DNA from: Tubiluchus corallicola
Lineage: Eukaryota; Animalia; Priapulida
Direction: 5' to 3'
DNA: 64,000 nt
Assembly (NCBI GenBank): GCA_030141605.1
Contig: JAQGDQ010000113.1
Location: forward strand, 310,001-374,000
Shown: one piece after another, positions 38,949-52,900 of the stretch
Position numbering within the stretch: the first letter of the stretch is position 1
How the letters are laid out: every line of letters begins with the position of its first letter
The notes under the pieces: generated by a model
The model's input: the letters and a program-made list of their open reading frames with translations, nothing else
Database searches by the model: none
Told to the model about the DNA's origin: nothing
Program-made: the position numbers and the translations under genes

Positions 38949-41900
38949 TTACGAATCTCTCAGCATCATGATTTCCAGGATATGTGATGAATAGTATGCC
39001 GGAAGCCTCTTTTTCTGCAACAAAAAAACTTTTGAAAATAATTGGAAATATACTGGTCCACATTTAATGCCTATTTAATGCCTTTTACATTTACATTTGC
39101 GTTTTCTTCTTCTTCTTCTTCTTCTTATTATTATTATTATTATTACTATGAAAGATGTAGGACCATATGATTGTCTTGTCCAGTTGCCTGTTTATAATGA
39201 ACCTAAATCTAAATCTAAATTGTCCAATGTTGGAATCAATGAGACTTCAATAAACAACAAATTTATTTTGACTTTTCTTCTGCATACTCAGCAACTGAAA
39301 CGTCACTTAAATAAAACAGAAACTTATCAACAGATATGGCTTCATGGTATCAGTACTGTCCCAAATGATATGATAAGAAATGGCTTCAGTGTGCCACTTT
39401 TCCAGGACTTTGGAAGCATCTAAGATCAATTCATGAACCCAAATAAAGCATTTTTAATTTTCTTCTTCTGCGTCACGAATTTTTGACATTTTAGGCGATA
39501 AAGATAACAAGTAACCAAGAACAGATTGCAATAGAATGTTGCTCTTCAGACTCTGTTAGAACATTTTTACAGTCAGGATTGGTACCTTTCAGATATACGT
39601 ATAAATCCAAACAGGAGTCATGTTGGATTCTTGCGTATATCTCAAAAGTACCAATCCCGATTTTGGCCGCTTTCTTGTTGAGGGCAGCTGAAACCAAGTT
39701 CTAGCAGAATCTGAAGGGAAAATCCTACTGCAGTTTGTTCTAAGTACCCCCTTACTATCTTTACCCACCTATTTCCAGTTGCAGTGATAACAATCTCTAT
39801 AGTTGGCAGCCATATTGAAATTATGAGAGCGGCATGCGATAACACAAGTTTTCAAAAAATGTCTTTAATTAACTTCATTATTAACTGCTGAAACTGAAGG
39901 TTAATATGACAGAATAAATAACTTATTTTGGAGCTATTGGTGAAAAGTTTCTTTGACTTAAAGGCTTATCTTGAAATCTCACGGCGTGTGACTTGACAAA
40001 CTGTGTATTCTTAGACGCTAATTGCAAGTCAGCGTTTTTGTTTTAAGTAATAGTATTATTACGACTGCAAAATGCCATTTATTTTCACTCCCTATCTCTG
40101 TATTGTTATGCTTCAATCCATTACGAAGCCATTGCATATCAGCACAACCTGTATAAAACTCCTGATATGGAACGGCATCGTGGAAAATGTGGCATTCTAC
40201 AGGCAAACTGGCAGGCGCGTCTACCATCTAAGCACCCTAATATGGAAGACAGCAAGATAAGTTCCTGGCGTGTCCTTTAGCATTAATTTCTCTGTTTCGA
40301 CGTTCATTTTCTACAAAACAGTCTGAAATACGCCACTTCTACCTACGGAAGGGCCCCGATTCAAACCGACCGGGGGGGGTGTTTCCATCCCTAGTGGTGA
40401 TGGCACTACAGTATTTTATATATTGCATCATCGAAACATAATTTGCAAAGTACATTCTTATTCAGAATATAAAAGTAGCTACAGAACTCACCACATCTCT
40501 AACACTGGTATCAGCTCCAGCTTCTGTTAATTTTACTTTTATTTTCTTTAACTCTTTCTTGCTAACAGCCATTGCATAATGCATTGGGGTTCTGCCCATC
40601 TATAAAAGAAAGTTAATTTTCTTGAAACTCAAACAGGACAGTGTTTCAAGCAAATCAATATTTTTCATAATTTTTTTCGCTTGACCCGAAAGATACGCTT
40701 ACATTATCTTTTATGTTTAAAGTAGCAGGATATCGATCAACGATGAATTGTACTGAATTCATTATTCCGTAAAGCACTGCCGTGTGAAGGCAGCACCGTC
40801 CATGCCGATTGCGAGCTGTGGCAAGAGACTTCCGGTCCAGAAGCAACTGCAGGTCTCTAACGTTGCCATTCTGGGCAGCATCGTGGACTTTCTTGACCTT
40901 GACCTTGAAAAAAATTTCAGTTTTATTATAGCAGCTCTTAAAAGACTTATAACACGAAACCATTTGTTTGACACCATTTCTTTAGCTGTTGCGGACTGTG
41001 ATTTAAGATACGTAGCACCTTTTTTACACGGTGACATACAAATTTGTAGGCTTTGGGCTGAGTCCTCTTTTGCGACCACAATACGAAGCATTTTTAATGT
41101 GTGAGTGCGTGGGTGCGTGCGCCCAATTTTTGAACATAATGAAAAATATTAAGGCAAGATTATGATTACTGATCATTCAAATTACTGGCAACTTATTCCT
41201 TCCTACGGCACAAGTACTTAAACGTTTTTCTTGAGATTGTAGAACTTGTTTGTCATGAATGTTTCGATGAAAAATAAGAATAAATCTCATAGTATAAATC
41301 TTCCAAATTTCTACTAACACATGCACGATATTTATACGTCACCGTTTGCTTTTTCATGTTCCCACAATCAGTATTTGCCTCGCAACTTTATAATATAAGA
41401 AAAAAAATTCTGAAAACCTGATATACTTCGATGGTTTTGAGCGTCTTTGTCATTTCTTCGGTCTGCTCATTTTCAGCAACCTTATTAACACAGCTGCTAA
41501 ATCTATCATAACCATCTTGCACGAGTCTTGTTAAAACTGTCCAGTTGGCCTTTATCAGTGCATCATCTAGTAATGGTTAAGGTGTTACTACTCAAGTTTT
41601 CATAATTTATTAACTGTAAAAGTTAGCACCAAGTAATGACTGGAAGATCTGCACTATAGTACTTTGCTTTGCAAAGGCGAGGAGAATAGGCATGTGATCA
41701 TGATTTGTGCTCAGCAACTGAAGTTTGTCAGTGAATTTATTGTGACTGCCGGGTTGAATACTCGCGCTGGCTAGTTCGCCATACCGATTCTGGCTGCTTG
41801 CTTCGACGGGGGAGGATGTGTTCACATCCGAAACTGACTAAGATACCTCGGCTAGTTCAGTGGTTCATCCTAGAAAGTATCTTTGATAATGAACGAGTTT

Positions 41901-43926
41901 CCGGCCCCGCCAAAACCATCTACATTTAGTAGGCTCAGCCAGTGAATGCTGGGAGAGCTGGTTTGCTGCGTACTGACTTATAAGTTTTTAAATAAAAAGT
42001 AGTTGGTTTTATCAGATTACTATCAAAATTAGATTAAAATCTGGTTCCGGCTAACTGTGTCCAAACTTGACTTTCTAAATTCGCATGTTGACCATTAGTT
42101 TCTGTAAACTGGGGATATTCCAATGTTTTAATATTAAGAATAGGAGCTAATTTTGCCCGATTTAGGGCGTCATTTGATGTAATTAAGACAAAAGTTAAGG
42201 GTAAAAAATTATCAGCCACGATAAGAATTACACATGATTCCTAACTTACAGACGTAATTATTAAACACTGTAACATTGTCCAGACAGTTGTAATCTTGTG
42301 CAACATCCACTGCTGTCTTCTCTATCACATCTCTTTCTCCAAGGCTGTACTCAGATTTCTCAATCAAGTCTAGCAACCGCCCAGCTGTTACTTTTAGTGG
42401 TGCAGCTCTGTGTAATTCAGTTTGTCCCTCGGCATCCTTAATTGTACAAAAATTCATAAACAGTGGATAACATAAAAATAATGACTTCAACTTAGTTTAT
42501 TTTTAGCGCTTGCCACGATGTGGAAAAATTGGTGAAAAATCTGCTGCTTGATTTTCAAATAGCGCTGGAAATGAGACTTCTGGTTGTCAACACAGATTCA
42601 TTCGTGACAAACTCTGTTACTTTGGCCTTTTTTCTTTCTGTTCGTTCTTCGTTTTTAGATCCTGTATGCAGGTCCAGATCACGAATCTTTTCTTACTTCA
42701 GGTAAAAATGTCCAATATACAAATATTTGGATAATTACAGATAAAATTGACATAATAAAATAATTACAAACTCACTAAAATGTTCCTAAAAACCTAAATT
42801 GAAAATTTGGAGATAAAAGTTTTAACGTATTAGGCTTATATAGTACATCATAATTCACAATATCAACAACATACGTGTTTTTTGAGAGCAGTCTATTTCT
42901 AAGGCTATAAGCAAATTTTCTACGCAAATGAACAAACTGTGATAGTCGGAGATTCGTGCATATGCCAGATGCGCTACAATAATATTTTCATTTAAAAAGT
43001 TTTCGTATTCCATTATTATTATTTCGTGTACCGTTAGTGGGTAATTGATCTGTTTTAAGAACAGGATCAACGTGTAGCGCTCTATCGATCTGTTCTCCGG
43101 CATAGAGACCAGCAGCAAAATCCAAATAATGAGCCACCAAAACACGCAGTGCTGCCCCTGTTGCGTTTATTAGACACCAGCATCCAAGCCAATAATGAGC
43201 CGCCAAAACATGCAGTGCTGCCCCTGTTGCGTTTATTAGACACCAGCATCCAAGCCAATAATGAGCCGCCAAAATATGCAGTGCTGCCCCTGTTGCGTTT
43301 ATTAGACACCAGCATCCAAGCCAATAATGAGCCGCCAAAATATGCAGTGCTGCCCCTGTTGCGTTTATTAGACACCAGCATCCAAGCCAATAATGAGCCG
43401 CCAAAATATACAGTGCTGCCCCTGTTGCGTTTATTAGACACCAGCATCCAAGCCAATAATGAGCCGCCAAAACATGCAGTGCTGCCCCTGTTGTGTTTAT
43501 TACTTGAAATAAGATGGCGGTCATAAACACAGCTCTATGTTGGATACAATTATTATTTCAACATTAATAAGTACGAACAGGAAATCTAACAAAATTAACC
43601 TTTAACAGGCACCACAATATAATTTTTGCGGGTAAGAAATATTACCTTTCCTGATAAAATGCGAGCCTCGATGTCTTTCTGTTGTAACTTCTGGGTTCTG
43701 GTACTATTGTGGTGCACCTAGTGGAAACGTTAACATAACATTAGCATTATAGTGAGATTATTGCCAGTGATCTTAGTACAGAGTGTCAGAATCCTATTAA
43801 TGACGATTTGTCCACAGACCATAGAAAGCAATTACAGCTGTCAGACAAAATAGATACTAATTGTGTTATCTTCAAATTCATCTAACTGAAGACATTTAAC
43901 AGTTATAGTATTATTTATGATAAAGT

Positions 43927-43974
<48 letters not shown>

Positions 43975-46900
43975 TTAAATTAATTAATTATTAATGTATT
44001 ATTTATGACAGCATGACCCAAGAAGTTAATTATACAGTCCTAGTATTATTTCTGTTTATTGAATGGGAATTGAGAATTTATAATTTAGTTGAAGTTTCTT
44101 TATTAAATTAGAAAAACACATTTTGAAGTTTTACCTTATTATTAGCATCAAGTTCAGCATGTTTGTACAGTAGTTTTGCCAGGTAGTCGATAGGATCCCT
44201 TGGTCGCTTGTCTACAAGTTGTGCCAGAGCTACAGCAAGGGGTTCCCCAAGTACCCTAGTCAAGTATTCGCTATAATTTTTCGTTATTTTACCTGCAAAA
44301 TAAAATATAATTCTCTGTAACTTCAAGCGTGGACAGAGCAGCATAATCAAATCAAAAGTTAGCGAAATGTTTATTTGTCTCCTGCATCTGCTAGAAGAAT
44401 GTGATCTAACCGCTTTTAGTGAAATGCAATCCGATCAAAGAAAGTTACTATTTATTCATATATTAATTTGCAAGTTTTTTTTGCTGCAAAAGAAAGTCGG
44501 CTGTTTAGGCTGCGGAAATTTCTTACTTGGATCATCTGGTGGTATAGCTTTTTTACCAGGTTTGACGGGCTTTTCATGCTTCACTGTAACCTGCTCATGC
44601 TTGATCTCAACATCTTTCACATCGTCTTTGCTAATGTCAAGTGACTCATAGTACGGAACATTAGCAACTGAAGGTTTGGGAGGCTTTCGTTTGACATTTT
44701 TACTCGGCTGTTCAATTTCTTCACCATCTTCCCTAAAAAAGTCATACACACAGGGATCTTTCTAAGCTTTCTTCCAGTTTTTAAGTTGGAATAGCTCACT
44801 GTTATCCGGGTAATGATTTTTCACAAAATCAAATATGTCATATAGTTTCATTTAGAATAAGTGGCTTATTGTTTATTTTGTTTTTTTCAATATAGTATAA
44901 AAATGCATTAATTTTCATGTACAAAGACAAGAAGTTAAAACTAATTAAAATATATAGTTCTACTATGTATTACATATATTTCGTTTGAACATAAATAAAT
45001 GTTGAATGCGCTAGTAGTCTCAAAATAATTATTTTTATTTCTCTACAGAAGCTTTCACCCTAAGCAGACATCATCAGACGTTTTGTTATGTTAAAATAGC
45101 AAGTCTCCGGAACACAATAGTAAGTTTATGAGCTCATTTGACATACATATACAATAACAGTAGCCAATTTTATTGCAAAATAAGGATAGCTTGGGTATCT
45201 GCAATTTAAATACAAGTCTGTTTATGCATCAAACATACCAGACCAATATGAGATGAGTGTGATTTATGACCAAAAACTACAAAATCAGCAGCTTTTTTCT
45301 TGAAAATTACTTAAAGATACGCATATATGTTATTTTTACTGACTTTACGTTTTTAAATGCAATCGCCCCGTAAAAGCTCGATGGCCACTCCGGATAAAAG
45401 AGCTGCAGTAGAAATTGTGAATATTTTTTCATACAAGTAAATCAGGGTAATACATTTTCATACACGCCAATCTATATAGGGTAAAGAGGCCACAGCAGAA
45501 ATTGTGAATATATTTAAAATTTTCCTACCAGTAAATCCATATCGGGTAAGGGGCTATAGTAGAAATTGCGAATACATTTTCTTACAAGTAAATCCATACG
45601 GGGTAAGGGAGAGTAAATGTGAATACAGGTGCAGTTCATGTACTCACTTTACACCAGAACTCGTCAGTGTGCTCTTGAATTTTGACGTCTTCTTCTGCTG
45701 TAAAGTGGCTGGAGTGTCTTTCCGTTTAATTTTTTTCCTCTGAGTAGATGGCACTGGCTTTCTTCCTTTCTGCACTATGGCGCATAGATAAAAAATTCAA
45801 AAAATCTTGAATATTTGAACTTTTGACTATGTCGTTAAGACACTCAACTCTAAAAAGAAAACAACAAGTAATGAACAAATCATTTTTGTTTTCAATGTGT
45901 TAAATTTCACCCCATATACAAAAGGCACAACAGGTTAGTGCGTCTGCTCGAGCATTTTTGTCATCATTCAGTTTTTTTTCATTAGAATACTCCTAGAATA
46001 TTTCAACACGACATAATTAACTTTAAATCGGCTTCTACGTTAAGCAACAGAACAAGCAGCAAAATAATAACGGCCACAACATTAGTAGTATTGCGTCTCA
46101 TGTCTTCCGTACTTGGCAAACAGCTATGGAAGACATTTGGTGCAACAAATACTAATGCTATGGCAATAATAAATTGGGCGCTGGTATCACTGTTTATTTA
46201 TTACTACAACGTTTAATTTCCCTTACAATCAGTCGACTGTCATTTTGTATATTTGTGTGGTTTATCTTTTTTATTTATTTATTTTTATTTATTATTTCCT
46301 AAAAATGCCTACCAGTGTAACAATGGAAACGTTGGGTTTTCCTAATAATTGTGTAATTTATTATTCTGTGGATTGTTTATGAAACGGATATTGTTCTTTT
46401 TATAAAGAATTTAAAAACTTTTTATTATGCATTTACATTTAAATTTCGAAAATGTTTAGCTACTTTAAAGTTGATATCTAAATAAAAATTCAAGCTCTCC
46501 ATCGAATGTAATCGTATAAATTAAATACATGTGAACTTGAGTTTATTCTATCACTTCTGAAAACATTCTAAAGTTGCAAAGCACGCCGTCGTGTGCTCGC
46601 TAAAAATAAAGCGTGTTAGAATGTACTATGAAAATACATAATGTGCAATAAAATACAATTTAAATAAATTATAATATAATAAAGAACAATTGATGTACAA
46701 TATTGTCAGCACTGATGGTTTCTTATAAATCAAGATACTTTAAGGGCCGATCTACAACGAAAGGAAAGGCCTATATTGTACACTTCTGCTGTCGATTCTC
46801 GTTCACTGTACATTGTTTTTAATCGCCTGCTGTGTTAATAATTAGTTTGCTTTATTTTTATTTTTACGGCATAATTTCTGCATGTAAATGTGTTTTATGG

Positions 46901-49900
46901 TGGCTTACTGTGAAATAAAATTGTACTTGCTTACAACAAAATGATAAAAGCGTACAAGATGGATTGTGTGTTTAGTATGGACATTTAGTAGGGGGATATA
47001 GACGACTTCAAAGTATGTATGTTGGTTGTTGGCTATTTCGCGATTTTATTTTTTGTTAAAATAAACATCATATTTATAATAAACTCTTATTTAATCAAAT
47101 TATAACAATTTATTATAGCATATATAAAAAAGTTAATCATAAATTCGCTGAAAATATGTTATGAATTTGTTATCACTTTTCAGCAAAAGCGTTTAATTAT
47201 TATTAGATCTCCTTGCTCAATGCTTGTTTTACCAAAGTTTTTTGCCATATGTCTCTTCTAAAAGCGAGATCACTACACCTTTTTCTTGTTTTGTGCTTTC
47301 CTTTCCAGAATTTCCCTTTGTACAACCTTTTCCTTCGTCTTGTTGATGCCCAGTCTTCCAAAAACTCGTAATCGCGAGTATAATATCTAAAAACATCAAG
47401 TTTTCTGGCGTTTTGACATTTAAAACGAAAGCCATCATCACCAATTTTAGTGCCTCTATCATTATTTACATTAACATCACTGATTTTCTCGTTTTGTAGG
47501 CGAACATCAGCAATAGCCGCACCTTTAACTTTGCCTTCACCTTCAAATAAGCCACTGATATCAGAAGCGAACTCGCAGAAAATGTCATTGTTAGTGGGTT
47601 TATTAATAATTTTCAGACTCTCAGTATTTCCTGTATGATCATTGCCGCTAGTATCACAAGTCGTATGACGTGAAACGTTAATACTAGTGTCTTGCTTTGC
47701 AGCAGCAGTAGAGTAGTGGGATTCTTCTATCTCACTATTGATGTCTTTGTCATCATCTAAAAACCACTGCCTTGTATACAACACAATGTCAATTATGAAC
47801 CTTGGAGAGATGGATGGAATCTCTATAACGTCTCTGTCAACAAGAACGTCAACGCCACATAGTAGTCTTAAATCGAAACGTCCGTAGAATGGCCAAGTTG
47901 CACTATTCGTCGCTTTCTTAGTTACACAATTTACTTTACACCATTCATTAACAGTGAAAGGATACCAGTTCCTGCAAGTTGTATCAATCCTTTGGCAAGT
48001 GAAACTGCGCAGTTTTCTTTCCCGTCTTCTGCTGGTTTTACATTGTTTTCTGCGATGACAAGAAAACTCTGCAATTGTCAAACGAAACGGCCACTGCAAC
48101 GGCCTTAAGAAACTTCGTGAATAATTTTGGAACCATCGAACGTCGTTATACTGTTAAACTCTGCGTTTGGGAGCTCATATTAGGAAATTACAGCAGTTCC
48201 CGTAAAGGCAACGACAATGTAAAGAAAACTGCAAATTATTTAGCAGTGAAGCATATTTATTTGCATGTGAAGATATGAAGATCTTCGCAGTTTCAAAACC
48301 ATTATTTTTTATTTCTTTAAGGAGCTTTCACTCTAGAGATGTATTACTGGAGCCTCATAAATTCTTATTTTTAGACAAAAAGGGCAGTCAACGTTCTTTC
48401 TGTTAAAATGGCAAGTTTAAGGGAGTTCTTTCCTAAGTTCTTACCTAAGTTAATTGCAAATATGGCGTGAAAGAGTAGATTATACTATGAAAGAAGTTTT
48501 GCATAGGTTTTTAGTAAAGCAAGGGAATAAATATTCTTTAACCTAGCAGCAAACAGAAGTGTGAGGATTCAAAGTCTTTTGTCTTATGTGTGATTTGTTG
48601 GGCGAATACATGTTTTTGTGCCTATTTTGCGAAAATGTGTCTAACTAGTGCAGAGTTTCTGATTTCATAAAATAACATTCAGTACTTAGTAACATTAACA
48701 TTAGTAACAAACAATTTAATCACGTTTTTGCTATAGGAACTTCATTACAATTTCATTGGTTGATAATTATAACAATTTCATATCTAATGTGTTTGCTAAT
48801 CTTACTTTTTGTTACACTATCAGTCAGCTCTGGCGTAGGAGCGAGGTGCTTTGAACTTTTGGTTCCTTCAGCAATAGCTTTAGAATTCACCTGATCCTGA
48901 AATAGTACCAAAGTTTACTCTTTTGTTTAATTGGCTTTGATTTTCTTCACTTTATGACCACACTACTCTATTATACCTTCTCCACTTCAAACAAACAGAC
49001 GCCGCTCAAATTATCCCTTCATTCCAATGCACTCTGCTCCATTCCGTTTATTGCCACTTGATTTTACTCCACCCTCCTCAATAGTAGTTAACTCCAATCC
49101 GCTCACTCCAGTCCTCACCATTGCACTCCACTTCACTTCATTTTGCTTTGTTCCACTCTACCCCATAGTCACCACGGTCCACCTCCCCTTTCTGTCGTAA
49201 AGATTAAAGTAAAAAAACTTCTGTTCAAATCCATACCGCATTTTCAACAGCTGTGACAGTTAGCAATGGTTTATCCGAAAGATTCTTCTTTCTCTTAACG
49301 TCATTCATATCTAACTCGCTATGATGATTCAAATACATCTCTGGTGTGTTTCCAAACTGCAAAAAACGTTGAAAACCGTCCGCTTACTGGTTGAAATATT
49401 GGCTAAGATTATTGTGAATTGCCACATTTAAGATAGGTTACATTCACCGATCTGCTCTAAACTTTCATCTTTTCTTATTACAAGTCTGACATAACAAAAA
49501 AAACAATTACAATCATAATTCCGATGAAAATGCACGTTGAACGGACAGTAACTTGTACATTAAACAGTAAGGTACATTAAACATTGAACACTATGTACAA
49601 TAACTTTCCAATATGGCCAAGATTAAGACAATTTTAAACTTACATTGTCCTTCTGTATTGTTATCGCTCCTGCGCTGACCAGTACTTTGTACGTGTGTCC
49701 GCCATCCCTTAAGCCGGAGGCATAGTGAAGGGCAGTACGACCATTCTGAAACGATAGCTTCCGGCTTATGAAACGATAGGTTCCGTTTTACAAAATGCAA
49801 CATAATTCTAAGGTCATCTTACATGTTACAGTAACTGTTCTAAACAAAATTCGTTGCGTTTGAGGAGGAATTACTGCTTGAATAATAACTATTTATAAAT

Positions 49901-52900
49901 TTAATTTCATTAACTGATGGAATAAATGTGCAATTAAGATAATTTTTGTAACTGCTCTTTACCGAAACGAACGAATGAATTTGGCTGTGAACGTAGGAAC
50001 TTCTGGATAACAAATCCAATGCCATAGCCACTACACAACACAGGCCACTGTAGTCAACAATATCTCAATTATTAAAAATAAATTACACAAATTTCACTTA
50101 ATAACACTATATAACTGTCTAATATTACCCTATTTAACTTACTGTTGTATTCTATGGGGGAAACATATCCGACAAACTTAAATTACTTAGCCAGACAACA
50201 GCGTAAACTTTTGAGAATCACTTATAATTTAACTAAACAAGCCCCAATTGAACCTATACTTTTTTATCTCTGGAATTTTAAATTTAGATGACTTAGTTTC
50301 TTACCACCTTGCTATCTATCTGTACAAAACACACCACAGTTTATTACCCCCGCGTTTCATAAATCCCGTCGTACGTAATCACCAACATCACTTCACTAGA
50401 TTTAATGAATATTATATTTCATTTTGCAGGACCAATGTTGCCAGACACTTAAAATTTTCCTCTCCAAATCTATGGAAAGAAATACCAATTTATGTCACAA
50501 CACATCGAAATTTATATGGCTTTAAGAGATACATGAAATCTCTTCTGCTCAAATCTTACTTATAATGCATTTTTGGCTTTTGCCGTGAAGTGCGATAGTT
50601 ACAGTACATCCCGCGACTGGTTGAATTACAGTTTATATTTTCATACGTTTGCATCACGTCTCCGCTGAACTCCTTTCTATTTCATTTCTCTTCTCTTTTT
50701 CTCTATCTTTGTCTATTATTTTATCTTAACTATCTATCTATCTTTCATATCATCTCATATATGAGTTTCATTCCTCATCATTCCATTCTCTAGCACTACG
50801 TAAATGTTTTCTTTATCATACGATTCACTTCAAATTTTCAGATTATTTTCATTACTTTTTTTCTTTCACAGTGTGCGGCAATCTAACAGGCCCTGTTTTT
50901 AATTGCCCGCAACACATTTACATTTGTATATATAGCAAACCTAAACTATGATTTATCTAAACTAGTTATGTGCTCAAAGTAAACTGTATATGAATTTACT
51001 AAGCAACATACAATAGCGATAATTCTCTTGTTTATCTTTCAACCCCACAGTGTTTTGAGAGTCAAGTTAGTATATTTGTAATGATGCTGTACATAACGTT
51101 GTTTAGACACCAGTGTTAAAGGAAGTAGCGATATCACTATCTTTGTTTACCATAGGTTCACCTACGTCTAAAGACAGTCTAAATCATTTTTTCCAAAATT
51201 TGCTTCTTATTATGTTTCTTACCGTTTGTTATTCATTGAATAATCGAAAACTTTTTGTTTCTTTTAATGTATTAATTGTGTATTTGTGTTGATGTGAAAT
51301 AAATAAACAATAAACAACCAGCCAAAGTAATTACTAGCTTATTGTAATCCAAATATTCCAGGCTCGAATTCAGGCTCATCTCTCGACTGTTTCACATTTT
51401 GTTCCTTTGCACAAAGCTTCGTTTGAAAATGTAACAATTATAGATTTGTTTCCTCATTGCTGAGTATGGGAACGAAATTAATACTTTGCATTCATCAGTT
51501 CATGCGAAAAAATTAATTAATCTAAAAAAAATTACGTTTTATTGGGACTTGAACCTAGGTCTTCCACATACCTCGTCTGGTACGTTAACAGACCGCGGAT
51601 AATCTTGTGCTATGTATCTGGCAATGGCAGTTTGCTCACAGAGAACAGCCATTATCAATGGCGTGGATCCACTATCGTCACGTTGAACAGCAAGCTCCTT
51701 CCTGTCAAGTAACTGTTTGACTGTGCGAAGATTTCCGCTCTTGATAGCTGCCTTTATGTCCGCTTGCCTTTCCTTTAATCAATTATAAAAAAACTGTAAA
51801 CTCGGATTAAAAATCATTTTGTACCTCTGTAAATTTCACAATTGCTAACATTTTTGCCTTGAAATAAATTTTACTTGCATCAGATTTGCTTAATTAAGTT
51901 GTGGAATCAAAGCAATTAACTTTGTGCATGACGATCAAGTCATGAGTTCTGCATCTTGTCATTTACCGCTGTAAGAAGTGTAAGACGACAGGATTCGTCT
52001 GAAGAGTGAAAACAGATTGGAGATAAAATCCTAAAAATGACTTTATCAGGTTTTACAATGAAAGAATTACATTACGTGCTTTGATTCCGTTTCACTTAGC
52101 ATGTATGTAATGGCTGCTTTTAATAACTTCCAAAAAAAGAGTAAAAAGAAATCTAGAAAAATTATGTTCCAGTATTAAATTAACCTTTTTCCATTTATCT
52201 TTTGTAGCAGTTACATCAAAGTCTTCTTGTTGCTCTTCCTGGTCACGTGACACTAGTGACACTGGCTGCTGTCGACGTGTGGCTTCTCCACTCAGTAATT
52301 CATCAAGACTTATAGCTTCGTTATTTCTGTTGTTCAAGTAAAATTCCGGACTCCTTCCGTTCTGTTTTTTCAGAATAAAAGTTAATATTAATAAATGTTT
52401 GCAAGTAACACTTATCGCCAGCAGTCTTCACTAAATTGATCGTTTAAATTTTAATGTTTAAAGCAAGAGAAAGTTTGAACAATGTTCTGAATTTTTGAAT
52501 CACTTCTTCAGCAGTTTGCAGTTTTTCTTACAAAAATTTACTCACGAGATCCAAAATCCTTGTGTCCGCATTTGCATTGACAAGTAATTTGTAAATATGG
52601 CCTCCGTCTTTCAATACTGCAGCATAATGAAGCGATGCTAATCCTTCCTGTTAAAATAAATTACTATAATATTTCCAGAAAAATAAAGAAAGTCATAACT
52701 GAAAACAATTAAAGCCCAATTAAGGCCTATATTCCATCAAATATATACAGTTATATACATAAATCGAATCAATCAATCTACACAGAGGTATTTGTTTTAC
52801 CTATGTATTATGGGATGTTATTATTCTACCTTTCTATCATCATCGTCATTGTACCGTCATCTTCATCATCATCATCGTCATCGTCGCCGTCGTCGTAATA

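Noticed and set aside
39491-39697. Minus-strand 68-aa ORF as the ankyrin gene's last exon
   Set aside because: No similarity to the module's linker exons; 38949-39014 (KKRLPAYYSSH) fits the .G..P..Y pattern and phase better, although this remains unproven.
42988-43530. ORFs with 22-aa repeats, or a CRISPR-like array
   Set aside because: Head-to-tail 66-bp tandem repeat with no unique spacers, in a eukaryotic intron; no cas genes.
51541-51600. tRNA/SINE-like B-box (GGTTCAAGTCCC on the minus strand)
   Set aside because: The would-be 5' half lies inside an ankyrin coding exon; no cloverleaf or A-box; probably chance or a tiny relic.
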